A stretch of DNA of 62,822 nucleotides from Planctomycetota bacterium (GCA_039182125.1 JBCDCH010000017.1:1-62822), one strand, 5' to 3'. Numbered from the stretch's first letter, positions 18,853 to 28,594 are shown. The notes: generated by a model not told the origin, from the letters alone. Made by a program: numbers and translations.

Positions 18853-20436
18853 ATGCAACGCCAACCCCTCTCGGCCGCTGCGGCGGCTGTTGCCTTTGGT
18901 GCGTTTTGCGCCATCCCGACCCAGACATCGCTAGCCCAGAGCGTGATCCAGCTACCGGGCGTTCAGCCGGCGGCCGTCGATCAGCCTCGCGTGAACATCG
19001 CCTTCGCCCGGCCCGACAGCCTTGACGCGCCGCTCTTCGGCACGGGCATTTTCCTCGATCCGAATGACCCCGACCCGTTCGGCGGCGGCGTCATCGAAGC
19101 TGACTCCGTGCTCGTCGAAGCGTTCTTCGACACCGGTGCCTCCGGTGCCGCGGTCATCAGCCTCGGCGTTGCGAACGAACTCGGCTTCAACTTTCAGGAA
19201 GTCGGCGGCCAGCCCGTGATCTTTTCCGACGTCGGTGCCAACGGCAGTGTCGACTTCGCCGTGAGCGAACCGCTTGAGATGTTCCTCGCCGACTCGCTCG
19301 GCATCTTCGACGGCCTCGACGCCGACCGGCTCAACGATCTCATCCAGCCGGACCCGTTCAACGTCAACGGCACCTACACCCGTTCCATCGGCCCGATCCG
19401 TGCGCAGGTCGGCCCGGTGGATTCGTCCGTGCTGCCCGACATTCAGCCGCCGCTGGGGGACTTGGGCTTGACCGGGAGCGACATCAACGTCGTGGGCATG
19501 CCCGCGATGGACGGCCGGGTGATCGTGATGGACACCAAGCCGACTAACGAATTCGACGACTTCTTCAACGGCGTCCTCGGTGGCGGACAGTTGCCCGACG
19601 ATCTGGCCGACCTCGACGTGTTCATGCGGACGTTTTCCTATGCACCCGGCACGCCGTTCAGCGGCAACGAGTTGGACCCCGGGATTCCGGACACCAACCT
19701 GCACGTCTCGCTGAGTTACGCCGACTTCGGCAAGTTCACCACGATCACGCCCGACGGAGCCGAGCCGCCGACGAGCATCAGCAACCCGTTCATCGGCCCC
19801 AACCCTCTGGGTGTGAACGCCGGCAACGGCGGCAACGACGACGCGCCGCCGCTGGTCCTCAGTTACGGCGGTGCCTCGGTCGAAGGTTCGTGGCTGCTCG
19901 ACACCGGCGCGGCCGCGAGTTTCGTCTCTGAGCAACTGGCATCCCAACTCGGCGTGAGCTACGCCGAGGACGCCGGGATCGGTACCGAGAACCCCCGGCT
20001 CGACGGCGTTCCGCTCAGTCAGCAGTTCACCCTCGCCATCCAAGGCATCGACGGCAACCCGGTGGAGATCGCCGGCTTCTTCGCGGACTCACTTGCCTTG
20101 CCGACCGACGAAGGCATGCCGCTTGTCTTCGGCGAGACCGGCGGCGCGCCGGTGCTCGTGCTCGACATCGAACTGCGCGATCCCGAGACCGGCGAGATCG
20201 TTATCCTCGACGGCATCTTCGGAATGAACTTCCTCACGCAGTCGGTGGAACTGATCGATAGCGGGCTCGGCTTTCCGTTGCCAGGGTTGGCGGTCGATTC
20301 GCCGTTCGACTTCATCACGTTCGATGAGCCCAACGGCAAGCTCGGCTTCGCGTTGCCGGGCGTGGTGATCCCCGAGCCAGCGATGCTCGGTCTGCTCGCC
20401 GCCGCGCCGCTGCTGCGTCGTCGGCGCTCGGCATAG
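18853..20436 (+). CDS. PEP-CTERM-anchored protein with two tandem retropepsin-like (clan AA) aspartic-protease lobes
   Basis: GAGGAG lies upstream of the ATG at 18853. Signal peptide AAAAAVAFGAFCAIPTQTSLA. The two lobes carry the motifs AFFDTGASGAAVISLGVANELG (~aa 90) and WLLDTGAAASFVSEQLASQLGV (~aa 335). The C-terminus reads IPEPAMLGLLAAAPLLRRRR. Confidence 0.7.
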   Translation: MQRQPLSAAAAAVAFGAFCAIPTQTSLAQSVIQLPGVQPAAVDQPRVNIAFARPDSLDAPLFGTGIFLDPNDPDPFGGGVIEADSVLVEAFFDTGASGAAVISLGVANELGFNFQEVGGQPVIFSDVGANGSVDFAVSEPLEMFLADSLGIFDGLDADRLNDLIQPDPFNVNGTYTRSIGPIRAQVGPVDSSVLPDIQPPLGDLGLTGSDINVVGMPAMDGRVIVMDTKPTNEFDDFFNGVLGGGQLPDDLADLDVFMRTFSYAPGTPFSGNELDPGIPDTNLHVSLSYADFGKFTTITPDGAEPPTSISNPFIGPNPLGVNAGNGGNDDAPPLVLSYGGASVEGSWLLDTGAAASFVSEQLASQLGVSYAEDAGIGTENPRLDGVPLSQQFTLAIQGIDGNPVEIAGFFADSLALPTDEGMPLVFGETGGAPVLVLDIELRDPETGEIVILDGIFGMNFLTQSVELIDSGLGFPLPGLAVDSPFDFITFDEPNGKLGFALPGVVIPEPAMLGLLAAAPLLRRRRSA

Positions 20437-20484
20437 CCGCCGCGATTCCGTTCGTTTTCCCCAGCTTTCGACCTCGGAGATTCC

Positions 20485-21135
20485 ATGCGCTTCATCACCG
20501 CCGCTGCGCTCGCAACCGTCTTCGCACTCACGGCCGTATCGCACGGCCAACTCGTTGCCAACGACGAGTATCGTCTCGAACTCTTCTACATCACTGAAGA
20601 CGTCAACGCGTCCGCGATCCCGGTCGATGACACGTTCGTGCTCGGGGAGTCGACCGACGTCGTGACCGCCGACTTCGGCACGTTCACGGTCAGCAGCGGC
20701 CAATCGTCCAACGGCGACGGAACCACCAGCGCGTTCGTGCAAGTCTTCAATCCTGACGGCATGCCGCCGATCGGCACGCAGATCGACGGCTTCGTCGTCG
20801 ACACGATCTTCCTCTCGCTCGCCAGCTTCCCGCTGCAAAACGGGCTTGATCTTGTGCCCGGTGCGACGCTGGTGTCGTCGTCGGCCGACGCATTGGCCGG
20901 AGGCGTGAGCTTCGGTCCGTTCACGCCCGGCGATGGATTCCTCAACGCCGCGACAGGCCCGGATTTCTTCGCGGAGTTCGCCCTCGTCAACGGTGACACG
21001 GCGGGTAATCCCGCCGACATCGCTCCGCTGGGCATCGACACGCTCCGGTTGGATCTGGTCGTGACGGAAATCCCGGAGCCGAGCGGGCTGATCGGACTAG
21101 CGGTCGCCGGTTTCTTGTTGCCTCGGCGGCGATAG
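20485..21135 (+). CDS. Secreted PEP-CTERM-anchored protein
   Basis: Signal peptide MRFITAAALATVFALTAVSHG; C-terminal IPEPSGLIGLAVAGFLLPRRR. Confidence 0.75.
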   Translation: MRFITAAALATVFALTAVSHGQLVANDEYRLELFYITEDVNASAIPVDDTFVLGESTDVVTADFGTFTVSSGQSSNGDGTTSAFVQVFNPDGMPPIGTQIDGFVVDTIFLSLASFPLQNGLDLVPGATLVSSSADALAGGVSFGPFTPGDGFLNAATGPDFFAEFALVNGDTAGNPADIAPLGIDTLRLDLVVTEIPEPSGLIGLAVAGFLLPRRR

Positions 21136-21167
21136 GCCGGGACGGTCCGCGGGCTACACTCGGCCCC

Positions 21168-21995
21168 GTGCGACGCCAACTCATCAGTGCCCTCCGCGAC
21201 ATCGGCCGCATGGCCACCGCCGGGCAACGTGCGTTGCCCGGCTTCCTCGTCATCGGCGCGATGAAGTCCGGCTCGACGGCGCTGCACGAATACCTTGCCC
21301 AGCATCCGCGGATCGTTTCGGGCAAGCGGAAGGAGATGCACTTCTTCGACCGTCGGCTTCGACGCGGCCGGCTCTGGTACCGGTCCCAGTTCCCCAGGCG
21401 CAGCGAACTCGACGGCGGCAAGCTCACCGGCGACGCAACGCCGACCTACCTCGTTGCACCACACGCGCCCGCTCTGGCCAAGGCGTTGCTTCGCGACGCG
21501 AAGCTGATCGTGGTGCTGCGTGATCCGGCCGAGCGGGCGATCTCGCACTACTTTCATCAGCAAGCGCGCTGGAAAAACGAGCCGCTCGGTTTGCTCGAAG
21601 CGTTGCAAGCCGAGCCGAAGCGACTCGCGCCGCACCTCGTTCGGATGAAGGGCGACGCGCTGTACTTCCCGTGGGACTACACGCATTACGCCTACCAGCA
21701 CCAAGGCGACTACGCGGTTCATTTACGGCGTTGGATCGACGCGTTCGGCCGGGATCGGTTGCACGTCATCGAGAGCGACGAACTCGCCACCGATACCGCG
21801 ACGGCGTTGCGGAGTACCTTCGAGTTTCTTGGCGTGGATCCCGAGTTTGATGTGCCCAACGTGCAGCCGCGCAACGTGACGCCCGGCAAGCGTGGTGTTG
21901 ACGAAGCGGTGTATGACCATTTGCGACAGCGCTTCGCCGAGCCGAACGAAGCGCTGTTCGATCTGCTCGGCCGACGCTTCGACTGGTGCAAGTAG
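21168..21995 (+). CDS. Sulfotransferase family protein
   Basis: 5'-PSB-like loop GAMKSGSTALHEYL and 3'-PB-like VVLRDPAERAISHY, the classic PAPS-binding motifs of sulfotransferases. Confidence 0.8.
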   Translation: MRRQLISALRDIGRMATAGQRALPGFLVIGAMKSGSTALHEYLAQHPRIVSGKRKEMHFFDRRLRRGRLWYRSQFPRRSELDGGKLTGDATPTYLVAPHAPALAKALLRDAKLIVVLRDPAERAISHYFHQQARWKNEPLGLLEALQAEPKRLAPHLVRMKGDALYFPWDYTHYAYQHQGDYAVHLRRWIDAFGRDRLHVIESDELATDTATALRSTFEFLGVDPEFDVPNVQPRNVTPGKRGVDEAVYDHLRQRFAEPNEALFDLLGRRFDWCK

Positions 21996-21997
21996 CA

Positions 21998-22031
21998 CAA
22001 CGCCCGCGGCAAACGAATGCCGCGGGCGTTG
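21998..22031. terminator. Perfect 14-bp stem-loop between convergent genes (putative bidirectional terminator)
   Basis: caacgcccgcggca-aacgaa-tgccgcgggcgttg. It sits 3 nt after the sulfotransferase stop and 7 nt before the stop of the minus-strand SPFH gene. There is no U-tract, as is common in GC-rich genomes. Confidence 0.5.
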
Positions 22032-22037
22032 CACTTG

Positions 22038-23222
22038 TCATGCGCCGACCAACTGCTTGCGCAGCTTCTCGGCGACGTTGTCGTCGGCGCCGGTACCACC
22101 GAGGACGATCCGCAGATCGGTCCCGGCCAGCACGTCCCGCAGCAGTTCCAGCTCGCGGAGCTTGGCCAGCTGCGGGTTGTCGGCGAGCAGTCGAGCGGTG
22201 TTCGCCTGGCTCCGAGCGGCGGCAGTCTCCTCCCGCCGGCGGATCAGGTTCGCCTCCGACTCCTTGTGGGCCGCGATCACCGCGTTGAACAGCTCACGCA
22301 TGTCCCCCGGGAGAATCACGTCCCGCAAACCGACCGACTTCACCGCCAGGCCAAGCCCGTCGGCCCGCTCGGCCAGGGCGTCGCGGACCTCGTCGCTGGT
22401 CGCACGCTTGTCGGCCAGCAGCTCATCGAGCGACTTGGCACCGATTGCCTTCCGCAGCACCAGCTGCGCCTCGCGGTACAGCGCGCCATCGGCGTCGTTG
22501 CTGCTACGCGCGGCCGCCAGTACGTCGGCGATCCGGTAGGTCACCACGAGGTTCACCCGCAGCGAGACCTTGTCCGCGGTCATGATCTCCTGGCCGGAAA
22601 CGTCTTGCGTCTTCTCACGAAGGTCGAAGTCCTTCCAGGTGATCTTCCCGCCACCGGTCCAGTAGGCGTGCAGACCGGGGCCGACCTGCTCGACGAGCCG
22701 ACCGTCACGGAAGACCAGGGCGGCCTCCTCGTCGTCGACACGCAGCGCGGTGATGTGCTCACCGGCACCACGCTGGGCGATGATCGCCGCGAGCTTGGGG
22801 TGGGTCAGCCGGCCGTCGTTGTCGTCAACGTTGAACCGCTCGACCCGCACCCAACGGTCGGCCTTCCAGTACGCATGCAGGCCGGGGCCCGCGATGTCGA
22901 TCAGTCGGCCGTCCACGAACACCAGCGCCCGCTCGTCGTCGGCGAGGTTGAGTACCTCCAGCTCATCGGCCGCGCCGGGGAGCTTGACGATCTGCTCGAG
23001 CAGCGGGTGCGTGAACTTCACGGTCGTGGTGTCGAACGTCGCGATCCGCTCGCCGTTGGCGAGGGTGAGGAACGCGAGGCTCGTGTAGGTGCCCGGGCCC
23101 AGCAACGCGACCGGGTTACCCCGGCTGAAGCGGACCGCCCGCTCGTTGAGTGCGACATGGGCACGGATGAACTTGCGACCGAAGTTTCGATCGGCAGTGG
23201 CCTTGATGAGTTGTGCGGTCAT
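22038..23222 (-). CDS. Soluble SPFH/band-7 family protein with an internally duplicated N-terminal module
   Basis: AAGGAGG lies 5 nt before the ATG at 23220-23222 (MTAQLIKA…); the longer ORF start at 23306 was rejected. The module is present twice: DDERALVFVDGRLIDIAGPGLHAYWKADRWV and DEEAALVFRDGRLVEQVGPGLHAYWTGGGKI. A band-7 core (…SLRVNLVVTYRIAD…LGLAVKSVGLRDVILPGDMRELF) and a helical tail follow. No TM segment. Confidence 0.75.
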   Translation of the reverse strand: MTAQLIKATADRNFGRKFIRAHVALNERAVRFSRGNPVALLGPGTYTSLAFLTLANGERIATFDTTTVKFTHPLLEQIVKLPGAADELEVLNLADDERALVFVDGRLIDIAGPGLHAYWKADRWVRVERFNVDDNDGRLTHPKLAAIIAQRGAGEHITALRVDDEEAALVFRDGRLVEQVGPGLHAYWTGGGKITWKDFDLREKTQDVSGQEIMTADKVSLRVNLVVTYRIADVLAAARSSNDADGALYREAQLVLRKAIGAKSLDELLADKRATSDEVRDALAERADGLGLAVKSVGLRDVILPGDMRELFNAVIAAHKESEANLIRRREETAAARSQANTARLLADNPQLAKLRELELLRDVLAGTDLRIVLGGTGADDNVAEKLRKQLVGA

Positions 23223-23600
23223 GATGACCTCCTTGGTGTTACGTCCACGCCAACGTGGCGTGGGTTGGTGATGAAAAGCGAACGGCCGCCGCGAACGTCG
23301 ACACAAGTGTCAAAACGCCGGCGGGGCGGGGAGCGGGCCGGCCCCGGTGCGTCGGAGGCCGGCCGGCGACGCCGGTGACATGCCCTCCCCCGGGGGCGTC
23401 ACCTTTGTCGCCGAGCCGACCCCGCCAGCACCGACGCGTGGCCCGATCCGCAGGCCGTCGCCGACGCCCGGAACTATGAAAGATGAACTATGAGCGCAAG
23501 CCTGTGGCTTCGCGGGCATAGAACATCCCCATAGACCGGGGCGTTTGCCGCGGCCGTTCAAGATGTAAACGTGTTCCTCTCGTATTTACGTTTGGAGTGG

Positions 23601-23678
23601 TGGTGACCCACACGGGATTCGAACCCGCAACCTACAGATTATGAGTCTGCTGCTCTACCCATTTGAGCTAGTGGTGCC
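23601..23678 (-). tRNA. tRNA-Met (anticodon CAT; elongator or Ile2-type), CCA encoded
   Basis: The minus-strand sequence GGCACCACTAGCTCAAATGGGTAGAGCAGCAGACTCATAATCTGTAGGTTGCGGGTTCGAATCCCGTGTGGGTCACCA folds as follows. D-stem GCTC/GAGC. Anticodon stem GCAGA/TCTGT with loop CTCATAA, giving anticodon CAT. T-arm GCGGG-TTCGAAT-CCCGT. The acceptor stem pairs imperfectly in my manual fold (possible mismatches at pairs 2-71 and 3-70). Confidence 0.75.
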
Positions 23679-23802
23679 AGCCGTGTCGTGCGGTTGAACC
23701 CGAGTCGAAACGTCCACCCGGCAGAGCCGGCGACGTCGATCGGCGTACAACGACGCGGAGCGCTGTCGTGTCGGCGAACGCGAAACGTCGCGAATGCCAA
23801 CG

Positions 23803-23835
23803 AAAAACGCCCCGAAGGCGTTGGCCTTCGGGGCG
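23803..23835 (-). terminator. Rho-independent terminator (12-bp GC stem + T-tract on the minus strand)
   Basis: Plus strand: aaaaa-cgccccgaaggc-gttg-gccttcggggcg. On the minus strand the hairpin is followed by TTTTTCG. It lies between the 24114-24626 gene and the tRNA-Met promoter region. Confidence 0.55.
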
Positions 23836-24113
23836 TCGGAAGTGCGGTAAACAGATCGCGTCAACGATCCAGCCACATCCCACATGATCCCGAACGCCAC
23901 GAAGACGCCGTGTTCTCAAAGGCCAACACGCTCGGCGCCGGCATTGAGGCATGGTCTCTTTGATCGTGTATGCGTTGGGTCATTAGTAATCTCCTTGCGG
24001 GACGGGGAACATATCACGCCGACCCGACAGGTCAAGAAGAAACTATAGAAAAATCAATTTCGTGAACCGTGCGGCCGTTGCTCTTCGGCAACTGTCGGTG
24101 AAAGCGGTACTAC

Positions 24114-24626
24114 TCAGTCGCCGATTTTTGGCCTGATCGCGACCAGCACGTTGCCTTCCTCGTCGCGCAAGGCTCTGAGCTTCGCGACGGCGGCGGCGTG
24201 TTCGGGATTCTCCGGGTCGAGCCATTCGCTCTCGCCGGGCGCCTTGTACAGCAGCCCACCGGCCGGCGGGCGTTGGTCGTTGGCTAAAGCGTCGGCCGTG
24301 CGTTCACGGAACTCTTCTTTGACGCTGATGAGGTACTTCACATAGCGATCCGCCTCGGTTCCTTCGCGTGGTCTGACGACCATGGCGCGGTACGCGGTAC
24401 CGCCGCCACTGCTGAAGGGCGGAATTTTCGTGACGTCGTCGGTGTAGAACGTCGCCCCGTCGTCGTTCGAGAAGAACGCCGGCGGCTGTTCGATGCCGCC
24501 GCCGAACAGCGAACTGAAAGCGAAGTAAAGGGCCACGACGACCAACAACGCGGCGATGCCGATCGTTATCTGCGGATTCTGGTTGAAAAAGTCCCGAATG
24601 GACCCACCGGAGGATGACTCTGACAT
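24114..24626 (-). CDS. Hypothetical single-pass membrane protein
   Basis: GGAG lies ~10 nt before the ATG at 24626 (MSESSSGG…). One TM helix (ITIGIAALLVVVALYFAFSSLF). No recognisable domain. A GTG at 24659 would extend it by 11 aa. Confidence 0.5.
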   Translation of the reverse strand: MSESSSGGSIRDFFNQNPQITIGIAALLVVVALYFAFSSLFGGGIEQPPAFFSNDDGATFYTDDVTKIPPFSSGGGTAYRAMVVRPREGTEADRYVKYLISVKEEFRERTADALANDQRPPAGGLLYKAPGESEWLDPENPEHAAAVAKLRALRDEEGNVLVAIRPKIGD

Positions 24627-24825
24627 GGTTGCGGACTCCGAAAATGTAACACCGGCCACGGATCAACAGGGTCATGCCTGTGTGGTCGCTCCGGCGATCG
24701 CACGACCCATGAATGCCGGAAGCGTTTCGAGTTTGCAGGTTTGCCATCGACGTGACATTGGCATCCTTGCAATGCACAGGGGCGGGACCGCGACAGTCGC
24801 AGCCCCGCCCCATGTGTATCACGAT

Positions 24826-25821
24826 TTACATCCAGGCGTGGACCGTGCCGAAGATGCTCATGAATCCGCGTTGCGTGTTGGTTTCCTCGTCAAACCCGAG
24901 CAGCGGTCGGAACTGGACCGATCCGTCGGTGGAGAGGGAGTTCACACGCGCGTCTCCGGGTCGCGTGACCTCGGGTACGGGCACCTGCCACGGGCCGAAC
25001 GATCCGTCGGCCTCGTTGTTGCTGAAGAAGTACTGGGCACCGGTGCCGTTCGGGTCATCCAGTGGCGTGACCGTGCCGGTGTCGAACGTCTCACCGTGGT
25101 TGAAGACGCCTTGATTGGCAAAATCACCGAACACCGCGACGCGATCGGTCATCAGTACCGGGTTGTCGTCCTGACCGAATCCGAGGTTGGTCCTGTCGGT
25201 GATTTTGAAGACCTGATAGGGCAGCTTAGTTTTAGGTGTGAGGCTGTTCGCGCCCATGTACCAGTACGAACCCAGATCGATGAACGTGTTGCCGCCGGTG
25301 TACTCGGCGGAGTTCTCGGAGAGGGCTCGCATGCCACCGGCGCTCTCGATCTCGTCGCGGTAATCTTCGAGTTGGTCCGTTTCCATCAGGTCGTACGGCG
25401 TCCCCGCAGCACCATCGAGGATGCCCAGCGGGGTGTAGTTGTCGAAGCCCGGGTCCGTGCCGGAGTAGTCGAGTTCGCGACCCGCGGCACTGGGACATGC
25501 CATGATGTCCGGGATCATTCCGTACTCGTCGACGAGTCGGTCGAAGTCCGGCGCTGCCATGTAACCCGGCGTGAAGCCGGTGTTCCAGAAGTTCTGCCAT
25601 GTGCTGGGCACTCGCAGGTCGTTGTCGTTAACGAACATCATGGTGGTTTGGCCAAAGCTGCGCATGTTCGCTCCGCAGTTGACCGTGAGTGCCTGCTCGC
25701 GTGCCTGTTGCAAGCTTGGCAGGAGAATGCTGATCAGCAGGGCGATGATCCCGATGACCACGAGTAGCTCCACGAGCGTAAAGCCAGTGGGCTTGCGACT
25801 TGAATCAAGACGAACCGACAT
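24826..25821 (-). CDS. Prepilin-type N-terminal cleavage/methylation domain protein with DUF1559 (Planctomycete H-X9-DG-type family)
   Basis: AGGAGG lies 6 nt before the ATG. The N-terminus reads [34 protein letters not shown] (class III signal / pseudopilin-like), followed by a ~290-aa domain typical of DUF1559. Confidence 0.85.
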   Translation of the reverse strand: MSVRLDSSRKPTGFTLVELLVVIGIIALLISILLPSLQQAREQALTVNCGANMRSFGQTTMMFVNDNDLRVPSTWQNFWNTGFTPGYMAAPDFDRLVDEYGMIPDIMACPSAAGRELDYSGTDPGFDNYTPLGILDGAAGTPYDLMETDQLEDYRDEIESAGGMRALSENSAEYTGGNTFIDLGSYWYMGANSLTPKTKLPYQVFKITDRTNLGFGQDDNPVLMTDRVAVFGDFANQGVFNHGETFDTGTVTPLDDPNGTGAQYFFSNNEADGSFGPWQVPVPEVTRPGDARVNSLSTDGSVQFRPLLGFDEETNTQRGFMSIFGTVHAWM

Positions 25822-26124
25822 GTCGGCCTCCTACTTGGTTACGCCATCGATGAACCCGACGGCGGTGTGTTTCAAACCCGGCCATGTCCTCGGCCGGTGG
25901 CGGGGGACTGCCTCCTCGACAGCCAATTACCCCGCAGGGAAAGCACAAATTGGGAACCAATGTTTACCGATGAACGTTCGCCGAATCCGCGACGTTTGTC
26001 AACGTGTGAAATCGCGACAGATGTGGCGGGGTTGGGTGAGTCCGTGCGCGACAACGGTGCGCCGGGAGATCTCGCGCATCATCCCGGGGCACCGCTACAG
26101 CTGCGAAAATGTTTCAGAATCGGT

Positions 26125-26796
26125 CTATCGGCGACGGACCAATCCGAGCCCGCACAAACCAAGTAAAGCGAGGCTTGCCGGCTCGGGCACCACGAGCGTG
26201 TCGGCGTACTGGAAGTTATCGAGCCCGATCGCCTCGAAGCTCACCGCGCCGCCCTCGGAGCCGCCGAAACGGACCGCACTCAGCGGGGCGTCGAACGTGA
26301 TGCCGAAGAAGCCTTCCTCGGTCGCCGGCAGGTTGGCGCTGACGTTGGCCAACACGTTGTCGCCGACATCAAGTAGCAGCAGGTCGATGTCCGAGTTCAA
26401 TGCGTTGCCGACATCGAAACCTAAGGCCACGACCGGTTCTGGAAACGTCACGGTGATCGTCGTGGCGAAGGTGTCGCTGGGCGAGGTGATAAAGATGTCG
26501 AGGAACGGCGTCTCGTCGATGTTGTCCAGGTCGGTGCCGGCTTGGACGGTGATGTCGCCATCGAATCCGCCGACAAGTGAGAGGTCGATGTCCGAGCCTT
26601 CGAGCGTGAGGGTCGATCCTGACACGAGCTCGAAGGGAATGTTCGCTTCGTCGTCGAAAGTCTCGACCGCGAGCGGACCGGTCGCCGCATCGAACGCGGC
26701 CAAGTCGGTGAACACGCTTCCGGTCGGGACGCCGGCGTAGGCCGCGGGAATCAACGACAAAGCCGCGATCGCAGCGAGGGTGGACTGAGTTTGCAT
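26125..26796 (-). CDS. Secreted PEP-CTERM-anchored protein
   Basis: Signal peptide MQTQSTLAAIAALSLIPAAYA (internal ATG at 26796); C-terminal VPEPASLALLGLCGLGLVRRR. Confidence 0.7.
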   Translation of the reverse strand: MQTQSTLAAIAALSLIPAAYAGVPTGSVFTDLAAFDAATGPLAVETFDDEANIPFELVSGSTLTLEGSDIDLSLVGGFDGDITVQAGTDLDNIDETPFLDIFITSPSDTFATTITVTFPEPVVALGFDVGNALNSDIDLLLLDVGDNVLANVSANLPATEEGFFGITFDAPLSAVRFGGSEGGAVSFEAIGLDNFQYADTLVVPEPASLALLGLCGLGLVRRR

Positions 26797-26881
26797 TTTC
26801 GGATCTGCCTTCGTGACTACCCGGCGAAGACGACGGCCGGGTGCGACCAGCATAACAGATTTCACGCCTGCCGGTGGTTGC

Positions 26882-28594
26882 TCACACGGCCGCGAGTACT
26901 TCGTGGACGTACTTCACGGCCATCGAACCCTCACCGACACCGCTGGCCACGCGTTTGATGCTTCCGGATCGAACGTCGCCGACGGCGAAGATCCCCGGGC
27001 GGGTGGTTTCCAGGAAGAACGGTGCGCGATCGACGGTCCAGTGGCGTTGGCGGTCGAGGTGATGGGCGGCGGCCTCCCCGGTACAGACGAAACCGTGTTC
27101 GTCGAGCGCGACACAGTCCGTATCACGCAGCCATTCGGTGTTGGGCGTCGCACCGATCATGACAAACAGCCCTGTCATACGGAGCGTTTCGCCGCTGCAG
27201 AGGGTGACGCTCTGGAGGTGGCCCTGTGGGCCGTCGCTGCCGTCGACGCCGAGCACCTCGCACTTCAGCCGGACTTCGATGTTGTTGGTGCGCTCGATGC
27301 GATCGACCAGGTACTGGCTCATGGAGCGCTTCAGGTTCGCCCCGCGGACGATGAGCGTGACGTGCTCGGCGTGTTGGGCCATGAACACCGCGGCCTGCCC
27401 GGCGCTGTTGCCCGCGCCGACGATACCGACCCGTTCCTTGGAGCAGAGCAACGCCTCGGGATGACCCGCGGCGTAGTAAATGCCTCTGGTCTCGAAGTCC
27501 CCGCAGTTCAGGCAGCGTTGGAGTCGGCGGTAACGAGCGCCGGTGGCGAGAACGACAGCTTTGGCGGTGACCTGTGTGTCGTCATCGAGCGTGACGTGTT
27601 TGAGTTCGCCGTCGCAGTCGATTCGCTTGGCGGCACTGGGGTTGGAGAGGGTGACGCCAAACTTGCGCGCCTGGAGCACGGCCTGTTTGGCGAGCTCGGT
27701 ACCGGAGATGCCCGTCGCGAAACCGAGGTAGTTCTCGATCTTCGATGACGTACCGGCCTGGCCGCCGGGGGAGTTGGCGTCGATGAGTAGCGTGTCGAGC
27801 CCTTCGCTCGCGGCGTAGACACTCGCGGCAAGTCCGGCGGGTCCGCCGCCGATGACCATCAGGTCGTAGGGCGTCTCGCGCCGCAGCTCCGGCCGCAGGC
27901 CGACGCGCTCGGCCAGTTCGACGATGGCCGGGCGTTTGCAAATCTCTTCGCCACAGAAGATCGCGGGCATGTCGGCTTCGGCGAGGCCGTACTTCCGCGC
28001 CAGTGCCCGGCTGCCTTCGTCGGCTTCGGGGTCGATCCATTCCACGGGGATCTGGTTGCGTTCGAGAAAGTCCCGCAGCTCAAAGGTGGCCTTGTCCCAC
28101 CGCGGACCGATGAGCGTCTTCGCACCGAAGCCATGACGCCGGAGCCACTCCCGGCGGTTCATGAACGTGCGCAGGATGATGTCGCCGACGTCGGAGTGGC
28201 GGGCGACGAGTTGGCCCAGACGCTGGCGGTCCATGACCATCACGCGCATCGGCTCGGCGGCGATACACGCCGCGACGGTCGGCTCGCCGGTGAACATGCT
28301 GATGTCCCCGATGAACGTCCCGGGCCGAACCATGGCGATGTACCGCGGTCCGTCCGGTCCTTGGTCGATGATGTCCGCACTGCCGCTTTCGAGGAAGAAG
28401 AACGGCGCGTCGCGCAGCCCCTGATTAAAAAGTCGATCACCCGGCTGATACTCGCGACATTCGGCCATCGCCGCGATCGTTTCCACTTGGCGGTCGGTCA
28501 ACGTCGGGAAGAACTCAGGGTTGGTCCCGTCGGAAAACGTCGGGGCACGTTCGAGCGCTTCACGCGGAATGAACACATCATCGGCGACGGACAT
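26882..28594 (-). CDS. Cyclic-nucleotide-binding domain protein fused to a thioredoxin-reductase-like FAD/NAD(P) oxidoreductase
   Basis: Start taken at MSVADDVF (28594), which avoids overlap with the GGDEF gene. A cNMP-binding domain (~aa 30-150: FFPTLTDRQVETIAAMAECREYQPGDRLFNQG…GDISMFTGEPTVAACIAAEPMRVMVM) is followed by a Trx-fold-like linker. The C-terminal part is TrxB-like: LMVIGGGPAGLAASVYA, a CxxC site (RCLNCGDFE), GIVGAGNSAGQAA and FAVGDV. Confidence 0.8.
   Translation of the reverse strand: MSVADDVFIPREALERAPTFSDGTNPEFFPTLTDRQVETIAAMAECREYQPGDRLFNQGLRDAPFFFLESGSADIIDQGPDGPRYIAMVRPGTFIGDISMFTGEPTVAACIAAEPMRVMVMDRQRLGQLVARHSDVGDIILRTFMNRREWLRRHGFGAKTLIGPRWDKATFELRDFLERNQIPVEWIDPEADEGSRALARKYGLAEADMPAIFCGEEICKRPAIVELAERVGLRPELRRETPYDLMVIGGGPAGLAASVYAASEGLDTLLIDANSPGGQAGTSSKIENYLGFATGISGTELAKQAVLQARKFGVTLSNPSAAKRIDCDGELKHVTLDDDTQVTAKAVVLATGARYRRLQRCLNCGDFETRGIYYAAGHPEALLCSKERVGIVGAGNSAGQAAVFMAQHAEHVTLIVRGANLKRSMSQYLVDRIERTNNIEVRLKCEVLGVDGSDGPQGHLQSVTLCSGETLRMTGLFVMIGATPNTEWLRDTDCVALDEHGFVCTGEAAAHHLDRQRHWTVDRAPFFLETTRPGIFAVGDVRSGSIKRVASGVGEGSMAVKYVHEVLAAV

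Noticed and set aside
23597-23680. Short direct repeat gtggtg flanking both ends of the tRNA-Met gene as possible att sites of an integrated element
   Set aside because: Only 6 nt are repeated. There is no integrase, excisionase or phage/ICE gene within several kb on either side.
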